From Planctomycetota bacterium (GTDB lineage: Bacteria > Planctomycetota > UBA8108 > UBA8890 > UBA8898): 31,086 nucleotides of DNA. This document shows positions 1-7,980 of this stretch, one piece after another. Made by a program: the position numbers and the translations under genes. Each line of letters begins with the position of its first letter. Within the stretch, counting starts at the first letter, position 1. The notes under the pieces were generated by a model. The model was not told where the DNA came from, did not search any database, and saw only the letters and a list, made by a program, of their open reading frames with translations. The stretch lies in assembly GCA_041308205.1 (NCBI GenBank), contig JBFZCA010000003.1, forward strand, positions 1 to 31,086, in the 5' to 3' direction.

Positions 1-1389
1 GGCAGCATCGTCCACCTCGCGCCGGCCACGACCTACGAGGTCCGGCTCGCGCTCGACGGAACGGACACGACGGCGAACCTGACGGCCGCGACCTGGAGCG
101 AGGAATTTCCGGCCGGCGAGACCCTCCGCGCAAGCGACCGCGAGACGCCTCTCGCCGTGACCGAGTCCGGCACGCCGGCGGCCTGGCGCGTCTACGACGG
201 CCGGGGAGCGGCCATCGACGTGCGCCACCGGCACGATGCCTGCATCACGATCGACGCCTCCCACGTGATCATCCGCGGCTTCACGCTCCGGGGCGCCGGC
301 GCCGACGAGCCTCTCTCCGGAGGAACCATCGGCGCGATCCGGATCGATGGCGGGCACGACATCGTCATCGAGGATTGCAACATCTCCGGCTGGGGCCGGC
401 GCAATCCCGAGACCGGCTTCGGCGTCAACTACGACGCGGCCATCTACTCGCACAGCGCCACGCTGGAGCGCCTCATCGTCCAGCGCTGCAAGCTCCACCA
501 TCCCGCCCGGGACTGCAGCACGTGGCACGAGCCCGTCTATCCCACGCACACGGCGGGCCCGCAGTGCATCACGATGTTCAACACCGCGGGGAACCACGTC
601 ATCCGCTACAACGAGTGCTGGAGCGACCTCGAGCACATGTACAACGACGGCATCGGCGGCGGCAGCAACGGGAGCTTCAAGGGCGCGCCCGGCCCCGACT
701 CGGACATCTACGGGAATCTCGTCAGCCACTGCTGGGACGATGGCATCGAGGTGGAAGGCGGCAGCCGCAACGTGCGGATCTGGAACAACTACGTCACGCA
801 GTGCATGATGATGATCGGCAATGCGGCGGGGTCGATCGGACCGCTCTACATCTGGCGCAACGTCGTCGCGCGGAGCCAAACCCAGCCCGGGGCCGGCGGT
901 GGGAACTTCCTCAAGATGGGCTACGCGGGCGGCGAGGAATGGATGACCGGCACGATGTACATTTTCCACAACACGCTCTTCCGGGCGGACGAGTGGCTCC
1001 CGACGGGCGGCCTCGGAGGCTCGCGCATCGTCAAGCACACCGTCTCCCGGAACAACATCCTCCACGTGCGCTCGCCGCAGAACTACAGCGCCAGCGATGA
1101 CAGGCGAAACGCCGACAACGACTTCGACTACGATCTCTTCAACGGCCGCGTTCCGCAATCGCAGGAAGCGCACGGCGTCCGCGGCGAGCCCGTGTACGCG
1201 GCAGGCGCCGGGTTCGATCGTGCGACGATGACCGGGCGTTTCCAGCTCGATCCTCGCAGCCCCGGCGCGGGCGCCGGCCGGCCGATCCCGAACTTCAGCG
1301 ACGGCTACGCCGGCGACGCTCCCGATATCGGCGCGCATCAGCGCGGCAGGCCTCCAATGCGGTTCGGCGTGCGCACGGCGCAACCGTGA
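1..1389 (+). CDS. Right-handed parallel beta-helix (pectate-lyase-like fold) protein, 5' end outside window
   Basis: Frame 1 is open from base 1 (GSIVHLAPATTYEVRL...) to TGA at 1387-1389. Repeated beta-helix coils such as IVIEDCNISGW, VIRYNECW, DDGIEVEGGSRNVRIWNN, PLYIWRNVV, MYIFHNTL. Confidence 0.7.
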   Translation, partial: GSIVHLAPATTYEVRLALDGTDTTANLTAATWSEEFPAGETLRASDRETPLAVTESGTPAAWRVYDGRGAAIDVRHRHDACITIDASHVIIRGFTLRGAGADEPLSGGTIGAIRIDGGHDIVIEDCNISGWGRRNPETGFGVNYDAAIYSHSATLERLIVQRCKLHHPARDCSTWHEPVYPTHTAGPQCITMFNTAGNHVIRYNECWSDLEHMYNDGIGGGSNGSFKGAPGPDSDIYGNLVSHCWDDGIEVEGGSRNVRIWNNYVTQCMMMIGNAAGSIGPLYIWRNVVARSQTQPGAGGGNFLKMGYAGGEEWMTGTMYIFHNTLFRADEWLPTGGLGGSRIVKHTVSRNNILHVRSPQNYSASDDRRNADNDFDYDLFNGRVPQSQEAHGVRGEPVYAAGAGFDRATMTGRFQLDPRSPGAGAGRPIPNFSDGYAGDAPDIGAHQRGRPPMRFGVRTAQP

Positions 1390-1417
1390 TGGCGGCAGAC
1401 GCAGGCCCAGGAGAACC

Positions 1418-2882
1418 ATGAGACGCAACACACCCCTCTCGCTGACGGCGCTGACTCTCGCCCTCGCGCTGGCGAGCGCCGGACTCCCGGCCGCCCGCGC
1501 GGCCGCTCCGGCGGCGAAGCCCAACGTCATCTTCATCCTCACCGACGACCAGGGGTGGGGCGATGCGCGCTTCGCGGGGCATCCGTACGTCAAGACGCCG
1601 AACCTCGACCGGCTCGCCGCCGAGGGGACGTGGTTCAAGCAGTTCTACGTCGCGGCCACGGTCTGCTCGCCGAGCCGGTGCGCGTTCATGACGTCGCACT
1701 GCCCGGCGCGGCACGAGATCCACGGCCACTTCGCCGACCACGCGCTCAACGCCGCGCGCCACATGCCCGACTGGCTGGACCCGAGCACGGTCACGGTCGC
1801 GCAGCTTCTGCGCGGGGAGGGCTACGCCACCGCGCATTTCGGGAAGTGGCACCTGGGGAACGGCGCCGGCGCGCCGGCGCCGTGCGAGTACGGCTTCGAC
1901 GTTTCCCGAGTCGTCAACGGCAACGGGCCGGCCCTCGGCGAGAAGGAGCCGGCGCCGGCCGGCGCCGGGAAGAAGCGCCCCGAGCAGGCAGACCCCTACT
2001 TCCGGGCCAAGTCGACCGCGATGATCGTCGACGCAACGATCGAGTTCATCACCGCGCACAAGGACCGCCCGTTCTATGTCAACGCGTGGACGCTGCTCCC
2101 GCACGCGCCGCTCAAGCCGACGCCCGAGCAGCTCGCGGTCTACGAGGGGCTCGCGCCGCGCGCGGACGATCCGGCGTTCGGGGCGTGGATGCGGAAGTAC
2201 CTGGCGGAGGCCAAGGACCTGAAGAGCCAGATGCAGGTCTTCTGCGCATCCCTGACGGACCTCGACACGCAGGTGGGGCGGCTGCTGCGGGCGCTCGATG
2301 CGCTCGGGCTTTCCGAGAGAACGATCGTCTTCTTCTCGAGCGACAACGGCCCCGAGGACTATCGCATCGGCAATGCCGCCAACGCGGGCGTGGGCAGCGC
2401 CGGGCCGCTCCGGGCCCGCAAGCGCAGCATGTACGAGGGCGGCATCCGCACGTTCGGGCTCGTGCGCTGGCCGGGGCGCGTGGCCCGACGGCGAGGATGT
2501 GAGCGACATCTGGCTCGGCAAGCCGCGCGCCCGGCGGACATCGCTTCACTGGGAATGGCTCTTCCGCGTGTGGGGCGAGGAATACCAGCCGCCGATGCTC
2601 GCGGTTCGCGACGGCCCGTGGAAGCTCTTCGTGAATCACGACGGCGGCGGCGCCCGGCTTTTCAACATTCCCGAGGACCCGGCCGAGCACCGCGACGTCG
2701 CGGCCGAGCATCCGGACGTCGTCGAGGCGCTCGCGGCCAAGGCGCTCGCATGGCAGCAATCGCTGCCGCCGAGCGTGGCGCGCGACGACGCGGCCGCGAC
2801 GCGCGCGCCGATCGACGGACCGCGCCGGGCCGCGAAGGCGAAGAGCGGCGCGCAGGCGAAACGCTCCGAGACGGCGCGCTGA
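1418..2882 (+). pseudogene. Formylglycine-type (aryl)sulfatase, frameshifted by an apparent internal deletion at 2483/2484
   Basis: Signal peptide, PNVIFILTDDQGWGD, CSPSR, GKWHLG, SSDNG, KRSMYEGG. After WPGRV the sulfatase C-terminus (PDGEDVSDIWLG...LAVRDGPWKL...LFNIPEDPAEHRDVA) continues in another frame and stops at 2882. Confidence 0.8.
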
Positions 2883-2947
2883 ACCGGGAGGAATTCCTCT
2901 CCGTGGGCGCGCGGTGAGGGCAGCCGTATCGGCAGGACGGAACGCAC

Positions 2948-3943
2948 ATGCAGGAAGACCGACTCGACAGGCAGCGCTTCGAACCGGCGGCTCCCGAACC
3001 CGTCGCCGAGCTCCGGGCCGGGGCGCTCCCGATCTACATCTACCGCAACGCGGAGGACATGGGGCTCGCGACGGCCCTCGCGATCGCGGCGGAGCAGACG
3101 CGGCTCGTCGAGACGCACGGCCGGACGAGCCTCATGCTGATGGCGGCGCCGTCGGCCTTCCCCTTCTATCGGGCGTACATTTCCCTGGCGCGCGAGTCGC
3201 CGGAGCTCAGGCGCGCGCTGCAGCGCACGCACTTCTTCCAGTTCGATGACTACGCGCTGCCGGCGGACCACCCGGCATCGTTCCGGTTCCTTCTCGCCCG
3301 CCACTTCTTCGCGCCGCTCGCCGAGTACACGGACCCCGGCGCGATTCACCTCCTGCCGGCGGACGGCGCCCATCCCGACGCCGCCACCCGCGACTACGGC
3401 CGGCTGGTCCTCGATCACGGGCCGGATCTCCAGGTCAAGGGCGTCGGCGAGAACGGCCACTGGGGGTACCACGAGCCCGGCATTCCGCTCGACGGCGAGC
3501 CCGCGTTCATCAAGGTCCGCCTGAGCGCCGCGAACGCCCTCCAGCAGATGCGCGACCACCCGGGGCTCTTCGCGACGCCCGACGCCGTGCCGCGCGACGC
3601 CTACACCGCGAACGTGCCGCTCTTTCTGAGGACGCGCTTCCTCATCGAGGACAACGTACCGCAGCCCTCCAAGGCGCTCGCGCTCCTTGCCGCCTACGGC
3701 AGCGATCGCGTCGATTCGTGCGTGCCGTCGAGCGCGCTCAAGCGCCACGGGCGCGCCGCCGTCAGGACGACGGAAGCCGCCGCATGGGCCCTGCGCGAGT
3801 ACCGCGACAGGGGCTTCGTCTCCGCCGGCGCGATCGAGCGGCTCGCCGAGATTGTGAGGAACGCGGATCTCGGCGGCGCGACGCCCGCGGAGCACGTGGC
3901 CCGCATCCTCGACGCGATGGACATCGCCGCGAAGCGGCCGTGA
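2948..3943 (+). CDS. Glucosamine-6-phosphate deaminase / sugar-phosphate isomerase (NagB-like) family protein
   Basis: QFDDYALPADHPASF resembles NagB xLDEYxGLxxDHPxS; GVGENGHWGYHEPG resembles GIGxNGHIGFNEPG. The C-terminal region extends beyond the usual NagB length. Confidence 0.65.
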   Translation: MQEDRLDRQRFEPAAPEPVAELRAGALPIYIYRNAEDMGLATALAIAAEQTRLVETHGRTSLMLMAAPSAFPFYRAYISLARESPELRRALQRTHFFQFDDYALPADHPASFRFLLARHFFAPLAEYTDPGAIHLLPADGAHPDAATRDYGRLVLDHGPDLQVKGVGENGHWGYHEPGIPLDGEPAFIKVRLSAANALQQMRDHPGLFATPDAVPRDAYTANVPLFLRTRFLIEDNVPQPSKALALLAAYGSDRVDSCVPSSALKRHGRAAVRTTEAAAWALREYRDRGFVSAGAIERLAEIVRNADLGGATPAEHVARILDAMDIAAKRP

Positions 3944-3966
3944 GCACGGCTCACTTCCTCCGGGGC

Positions 3967-3982
3967 GGCGCGGACGCGGGTC
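3967..3982. repeat. 16-bp direct repeat, copy 1 (GGCGCGGACGCGGGTC)
   Basis: Identical 16-mer at 4585-4600. Confidence 0.6.
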
Positions 3983-4116
3983 CAGCCACAACATACCGAG
4001 ACGCGTTGCGTATTGCCTGCAACCTGACTGGCGAGTAAGATCGACCACCCAATGGAAGGCCAAGGCGGTTCTCCCGACCTTCTTCAACGCGAGGAACTCG
4101 AGGAAGAGACACGCTA

Positions 4117-4224
4117 ATGCAGTATGATTTCGAGTGGGATCCGGAAAAAGCGCGGCTCAATCGAAGCCAGCACGCGGTGAGCTCCGAGCAGGGGGCGACC
4201 GTGTTCATGGACCCCGTATGGTGA
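4117..4224 (+). pseudogene. BrnT-family toxin N-terminal fragment
   Basis: Manual translation MQYDFEWDPEKARLNRSQHAVSSEQGATVFMDPVW* matches the BrnT pattern FEWDxxKAxxNxxKHGVSFExAxxVFxDP; truncated at 35 aa. Confidence 0.75.
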
Positions 4225-4356
4225 AGAAACTCAGCCGACGCATAACAAACCATCCGCATTGTATTTGCGCCCGCTGTCGCCGTCCAGATCTCGGCCGGTT
4301 GACACCGAATCCGCCACGGTCCATGCTGGGAGTCTCCTGCCTTCATTTCCAATGAG

Positions 4357-4434
4357 ATGGTATTGGCTCCGATTCGGCGACCCTGGCGCCTCCCGGTCAT
4401 CGCCCTCGCCGCCTGGATCAATCGTGAATTGCAA
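4357..4434 (+). pseudogene. Possible N-terminal stub of an integrase-core-domain transposase
   Basis: PWRLPVIALAAWINRELQ recalls the PWxLLxxALAGWxNRxQQxVIxYL start of such transposases. Recognition from memory only. Confidence 0.3.
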
Positions 4435-4545
4435 CGCGTCCGTTACGCAATTGCGGCTCTGCCGGCGCTATGGAGGTGGGGACCGGAGGTCTCAACGGCG
4501 GCAATCGCTCGGCATCCCTGCTGTCTGAGACAATCCCCCTTCCGT

Positions 4546-4567
4546 CCCCCCTTCAGGGGAAGGGGGG
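4546..4567. repeat. Perfect REP-like hairpin CCCCCCTTC-AGGG-GAAGGGGGG
   Basis: 9-bp perfect stem and 4-nt loop read directly from the sequence. Confidence 0.55.
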
Positions 4568-4584
4568 AAACGCCGGCTACGGCC

Positions 4585-4600
4585 GGCGCGGACGCGGGTC
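4585..4600. repeat. 16-bp direct repeat, copy 2
   Basis: Identical to 3967-3982. Confidence 0.6.
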
Positions 4601-4815
4601 GAAATCTATGCCGAGAGTATGCCACAGCGCCGGCGGTGTCAGCGCCTATCTTGGCGTCCAATCAGCGCAACGAAAGTACAGAGTACAAGTCAGCGGCCTC
4701 ACGGAGACCCGCGAGTGAAGGACCAGACTCCTCCGGGATTCCGTTCACGGCCAATAGTGAGCCCTGGCTCCGTGGGTACTATAATGATTGATAGAGACGT
4801 GCTCCTGGTAAGATC

Positions 4816-4965
4816 ATGAATCAACAGATTTATGTGACGCTGGATGCCGACGGGGTCATGCGGGTGGCGCAGACGCGTGTCATGCGTGACTCCGTTGTCG
4901 CCGCTTTCGAGGAGGGGCATTCGGCCGAGACGATCCAGCAGCAGTATCCGGTGCCGCTGCGGTGA
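4816..4965 (+). pseudogene. DUF433-family (putative antitoxin) fragment
   Basis: Manual translation MNQQIYVTLDADGVMRVAQTRVMRDSVVAAFEEGHSAETIQQQYPVPLR* fits the DUF433 pattern RVxxTRVxxxxVxxxxxxGxSxExIxxxYP. The usual LxxxxVxxAxxY tail is missing. Confidence 0.7.
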
Positions 4966-5008
4966 AGCGCACGCTCCCGCCCAGCGTCTTGATGCGGCCG
5001 TTCGCGCC

Positions 5009-5188
5009 TCATAGCTCCCGCAGTCTGGCGAGGTCACGACCGGGCCTGTCCTTCACAGGGGCAGGCCCGTCCTCTATCTCACCTTCGCCCGTTGATCTCT
5101 CACCGATCCTGGCTAAACGCCGTCTCGTCCTCCCCTTGCCGCCGGTCCTCTTCGGGGCCTGCTCTTGGGACTCGTTCTTCGCCGACAT
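5009..5188 (-). CDS. Small hypothetical protein (59 aa)
   Basis: AAGGAGG (5201-5195) lies 6 nt before ATG 5188. MSAKNESQEQAPKRTGGKGRTRRRLARIGERSTGEGEIEDGPAPVKDRPGRDLARLREL*. No recognisable family. Confidence 0.3.
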   Translation of the reverse strand: MSAKNESQEQAPKRTGGKGRTRRRLARIGERSTGEGEIEDGPAPVKDRPGRDLARLREL

Positions 5189-5263
5189 GACAAACCTCCT
5201 TGAAAAAGGGTTGCTGCTGCCGACTCGACGAGCCCAACGTGCTTCCGACTGTTATCCCGCCTT

Positions 5264-5482
5264 AGGGGCCGCGCAACAATAACTTCACATTTTGGTCTCC
5301 CTGGCTCGCGCCATCTTCGACCGCTCCTCAATCTCGAATTCCTCGACGTATCTTCACTACGCCTGCGGATTCGCTCAATCGTCGCGGCCGCGACGCGACC
5401 GAATAGGGAGCGTTGCCCCCGTTCCCACAGACGGTGTGTGCTCCAGGGGCCCAAAACGAAAAGTTATTGTTGCGCGGCCCCT
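5264..5482. mobile_element. Non-autonomous MITE-like element, 219 bp
   Basis: Perfect 22-bp terminal inverted repeats AGGGGCCGCGCAACAATAACTT (5264-5285) and AAGTTATTGTTGCGCGGCCCCT (5461-5482), extending imperfectly to about 40 bp. Internal 16-bp palindrome CGTCGCGGCCGCGACG at 5380-5395. No transposase inside. Confidence 0.75.
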
Positions 5483-5586
5483 TTGCGCGGTTTCCGGCGG
5501 CGGTCCGATGGAGAGCGCCGTTCGTCGCGTCATCAACATGCGCCTCAAGGGACCCGGCATCGCGCACCGCGCGCCCGGTCGCGGCG

Positions 5587-6966
5587 TCACGATTCCTCCG
5601 CCTCCCGCACGCGCGGCAGCGGAATCGTCACGGTGAAGGTGCTGCCCTTGGACACGACGCTCCGGACGGCGATTGCGCCGCCGAGCTCGCGCGCGATCCT
5701 GTCCGCGATCGCCAGGCCGAGGCCCGTGCCGACGGCGACGTGGGCCTTCGCGTTCGGGGCCCGGTAGAACTCGCCGAAGATCTTGTCGATGGCGTCGGGG
5801 GGGATGCCGATCCCCGTGTCCCGCACGGCGACCGTGGCCGTGTCGCCGTCGGCGGCGGCAACGACCTCGACCTCGCCGCCGGCGGGCGTGTACTTGAGCG
5901 CGTTCTCGACCAGCACCGTGAAGAGCTGCTCCACCTTGCGGCGGACCGCGGGAATCGCGGGCAGCGCCGGGGCGAGCCTGGCTGAGAGCGTGACGCATCG
6001 CTCCTGGGCCGCGTTCTGCAGCCCCTCCACGACATCATCGAGAAGGGGTCCGAGTGCCAGCGACTCGCAGGCTTCGTCGCCGCGGGATTCCCGGATGCGC
6101 GTGAGGCTCAGCATGTCGTTGATCAAGGCGAGCATGTGCTGCGCCTGGCGGTCCGCCCGCCCGACGAGCTCCGTCACCTTCTCGGGTTCCTCGGCGTACC
6201 CCGAGGTCACGAGCCGCAGCACGGTCTGGATCGAGGTGAGCGGCGCGCGCAACTGATGGCTGACGAGCCGGAAGAAGGCGTTGCGCTCCTCGTCGAGCTT
6301 CTCGAGCCGCGCGTGCGCCGCCTCGATCTCGGCGGCGTGGCGCTCGAGCTGCGCGCGCGCCTCGTCGAGCTCGCGCTCGCGGTGCCTGAGGCGGTTCGCG
6401 ATGCCGCCCACGAGCACGGCGACGGTGAGCAGCGTGATGCCCGTGACGCTGCCGACGGTCAGGAGGTGGAGCGTCGCGTCGATGGGGCGCGCGGCCTCCT
6501 CGTCGATGGGCGGGTGGTGCCGCAGCCAGCCGTGCGACTCGGCCACGCCCATGACGATCAGGGAGGCGAGCACCCAGAAGGCGTGGATGACCGTCGTGCG
6601 CCGGCCGACGAGGAGCCCGCAGATGACGAGGTGGAAGACGAAGAACGCGAGGAACGGGCTCAGGGGGCCGCCCGTGAAGTGGATCCACACGAGCAGGGCG
6701 AAGAAATCGGCGCCGATCTGAGCGTTGACGTAGGCGTGAATTCGCCGCAAGTCGACGGGCGGGGCGAGCAGCCGCGGCGCCGCGAGCGCGAAGAGCACGT
6801 TGTACGCCGCGACCGCGATGGCGATGCCGAGGAGCGGCCACGGCGGATAGGTCAGGCCGATCGCATGAGCGGCCAGCGCGCCCAGAGCCATGATGCCGGC
6901 GACGATCCACCTGACACGAACGAGCCAGCGGCTCCGAAAGACGAGCTCTTCTTCGCGTGGAATCAT
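5587..6966 (-). CDS. Membrane-bound sensor histidine kinase (HisKA + HATPase_c), RegB/PrrB-like membrane domain
   Basis: Several hydrophobic segments, H-box HQLRAPLTSI, N-box ENALKYT, DTGIGI, GTGLGLAI. Start placed at MIPREE (6966); the ORF is open to 7041. Confidence 0.9.
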   Translation of the reverse strand: MIPREEELVFRSRWLVRVRWIVAGIMALGALAAHAIGLTYPPWPLLGIAIAVAAYNVLFALAAPRLLAPPVDLRRIHAYVNAQIGADFFALLVWIHFTGGPLSPFLAFFVFHLVICGLLVGRRTTVIHAFWVLASLIVMGVAESHGWLRHHPPIDEEAARPIDATLHLLTVGSVTGITLLTVAVLVGGIANRLRHRERELDEARAQLERHAAEIEAAHARLEKLDEERNAFFRLVSHQLRAPLTSIQTVLRLVTSGYAEEPEKVTELVGRADRQAQHMLALINDMLSLTRIRESRGDEACESLALGPLLDDVVEGLQNAAQERCVTLSARLAPALPAIPAVRRKVEQLFTVLVENALKYTPAGGEVEVVAAADGDTATVAVRDTGIGIPPDAIDKIFGEFYRAPNAKAHVAVGTGLGLAIADRIARELGGAIAVRSVVSKGSTFTVTIPLPRVREAEES

Positions 6967-7107
6967 ACGGCGTTCACGGGTCGCAGCGTCATGCCGGCGG
7001 GCACGACGGGGTTCACTCGCCTGCGCCTGAGACGCCTTCAACTGTAATTGATCGGAGAGACGAAGGCAATTCGGCGCACGCCCCGATTCCGCGGGCCGCC
7101 AATAATA

Positions 7108-7128
7108 TCATTACAAGGATGTAATTGA
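7108..7128. promoter_or_regulatory. Operator-like dyad TCATTACA-AGGA-TGTAATTGA; second TGTAATTGA copy at 7043-7051
   Basis: TTACA-N4-TGTAA palindrome and a repeated 9-mer in an AT-rich patch of the divergent intergenic region. Confidence 0.4.
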
Positions 7129-7149
7129 CTTGATGCCGGCCCTCCGCTG

Positions 7150-7164
7150 TGGCACCATGGTTGT
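7150..7164 (+). promoter_or_regulatory. Possible sigma-54 -24/-12 promoter for the hdr operon
   Basis: TGGCAC-CATGG-TTGT has correct spacing but GT instead of GC at -13/-12. Confidence 0.4.
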
Positions 7165-7178
7165 GAAAAGAATCACGA
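7161..7178. promoter_or_regulatory. Rex- or CRP-type operator
   Basis: TTGTGAAAAGAATCACGA has 2 mismatches to Rex TTGTGAA-N4-TTCACAA and 1 mismatch to CRP TGTGA-N6-TCACA. Confidence 0.55.
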
Positions 7179-7290
7179 ATCAAGGCGGCAGGCGATGGCC
7201 CGCCGCCTAAGGGCGCGGACGCGTGGGGTTGGCGCCGTTGTCGGAGACAGTGGAGCTGCTGAAGCGAATTCGAATGCGGGAGGAATGCCC

Positions 7291-7863
7291 ATGTATGCTC
7301 CTCCGGTCGATGAGCGGTTTCTCGCGGAAATAGGATCCCTGCCCGGCGGCGACCGAGTGGCGCAGTGCATCCAGTGCGGCTCTTGTTCGGGGAGCTGTCC
7401 GACCGCGCACTGGATGGATCACTCCCCGCGCCGGATCTTCGCGCTGATCCGCTGCGGCATGCGCGACGAGGTCCTGCGCTCGAACACGCCCTGGACGTGC
7501 GCGTCCTGCTACACCTGCTACGTGCGCTGCCCGAAGGACATCAAGATCACCGATGTGATGTACGCCTTGAAGCGGCTCGCGATCAAGAACGGAAAAACCC
7601 CGCCGGAGGCGCGGCCCGCGCGCGTCATGGCCGAATCGTTCGTTGCGAACGTCCACCGGTTCGGCCGGAACTGGGAGACCGGCCTCATGCGGAGCATGTA
7701 TCTGAAGGGAACGCGGTTCGGCAAGCTCTTCCGCGATCTGCCGCTCGGCATGAGACTCTTTCGTCTCGGCCGCATGCCGCTGCGTCCCACGCGCATCAGC
7801 CCCGAAGGCCGCGCACAGATCGAGAAGATCATCAACGCCGTCGAAGAGACAGGCGGTTTGTAA
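7291..7863 (+). CDS. hdrC: Heterodisulfide reductase subunit C-like 2x[4Fe-4S] protein
   Basis: CIQCGSCSGSCP and CASCYTCYVRCP. GGAGG lies 7 nt before ATG 7291. Directly precedes hdrB. Confidence 0.88.
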   Translation: MYAPPVDERFLAEIGSLPGGDRVAQCIQCGSCSGSCPTAHWMDHSPRRIFALIRCGMRDEVLRSNTPWTCASCYTCYVRCPKDIKITDVMYALKRLAIKNGKTPPEARPARVMAESFVANVHRFGRNWETGLMRSMYLKGTRFGKLFRDLPLGMRLFRLGRMPLRPTRISPEGRAQIEKIINAVEETGGL

Positions 7864-7980
7864 TCAACTGCGAAGGAGACAAACACCGCACGGAGAGAAT
7901 CGCCGGGAAGAGAAAAGAACGAAAACCACGCGAACGACAACAACCAGGCCAATCCGCGTACTTCGCGAAGGAGGAACGGC

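Noticed and set aside
2470-2500. Programmed ribosomal frameshift in the sulfatase
   Set aside because: There is no slippery sequence, and conserved residues are missing outright, so frameshifting would not restore the enzyme.
4780-4785. TATAAT upstream of the DUF433 stub as a promoter
   Set aside because: It has no convincing -35 or extended -10 element, so it was not called as a feature.
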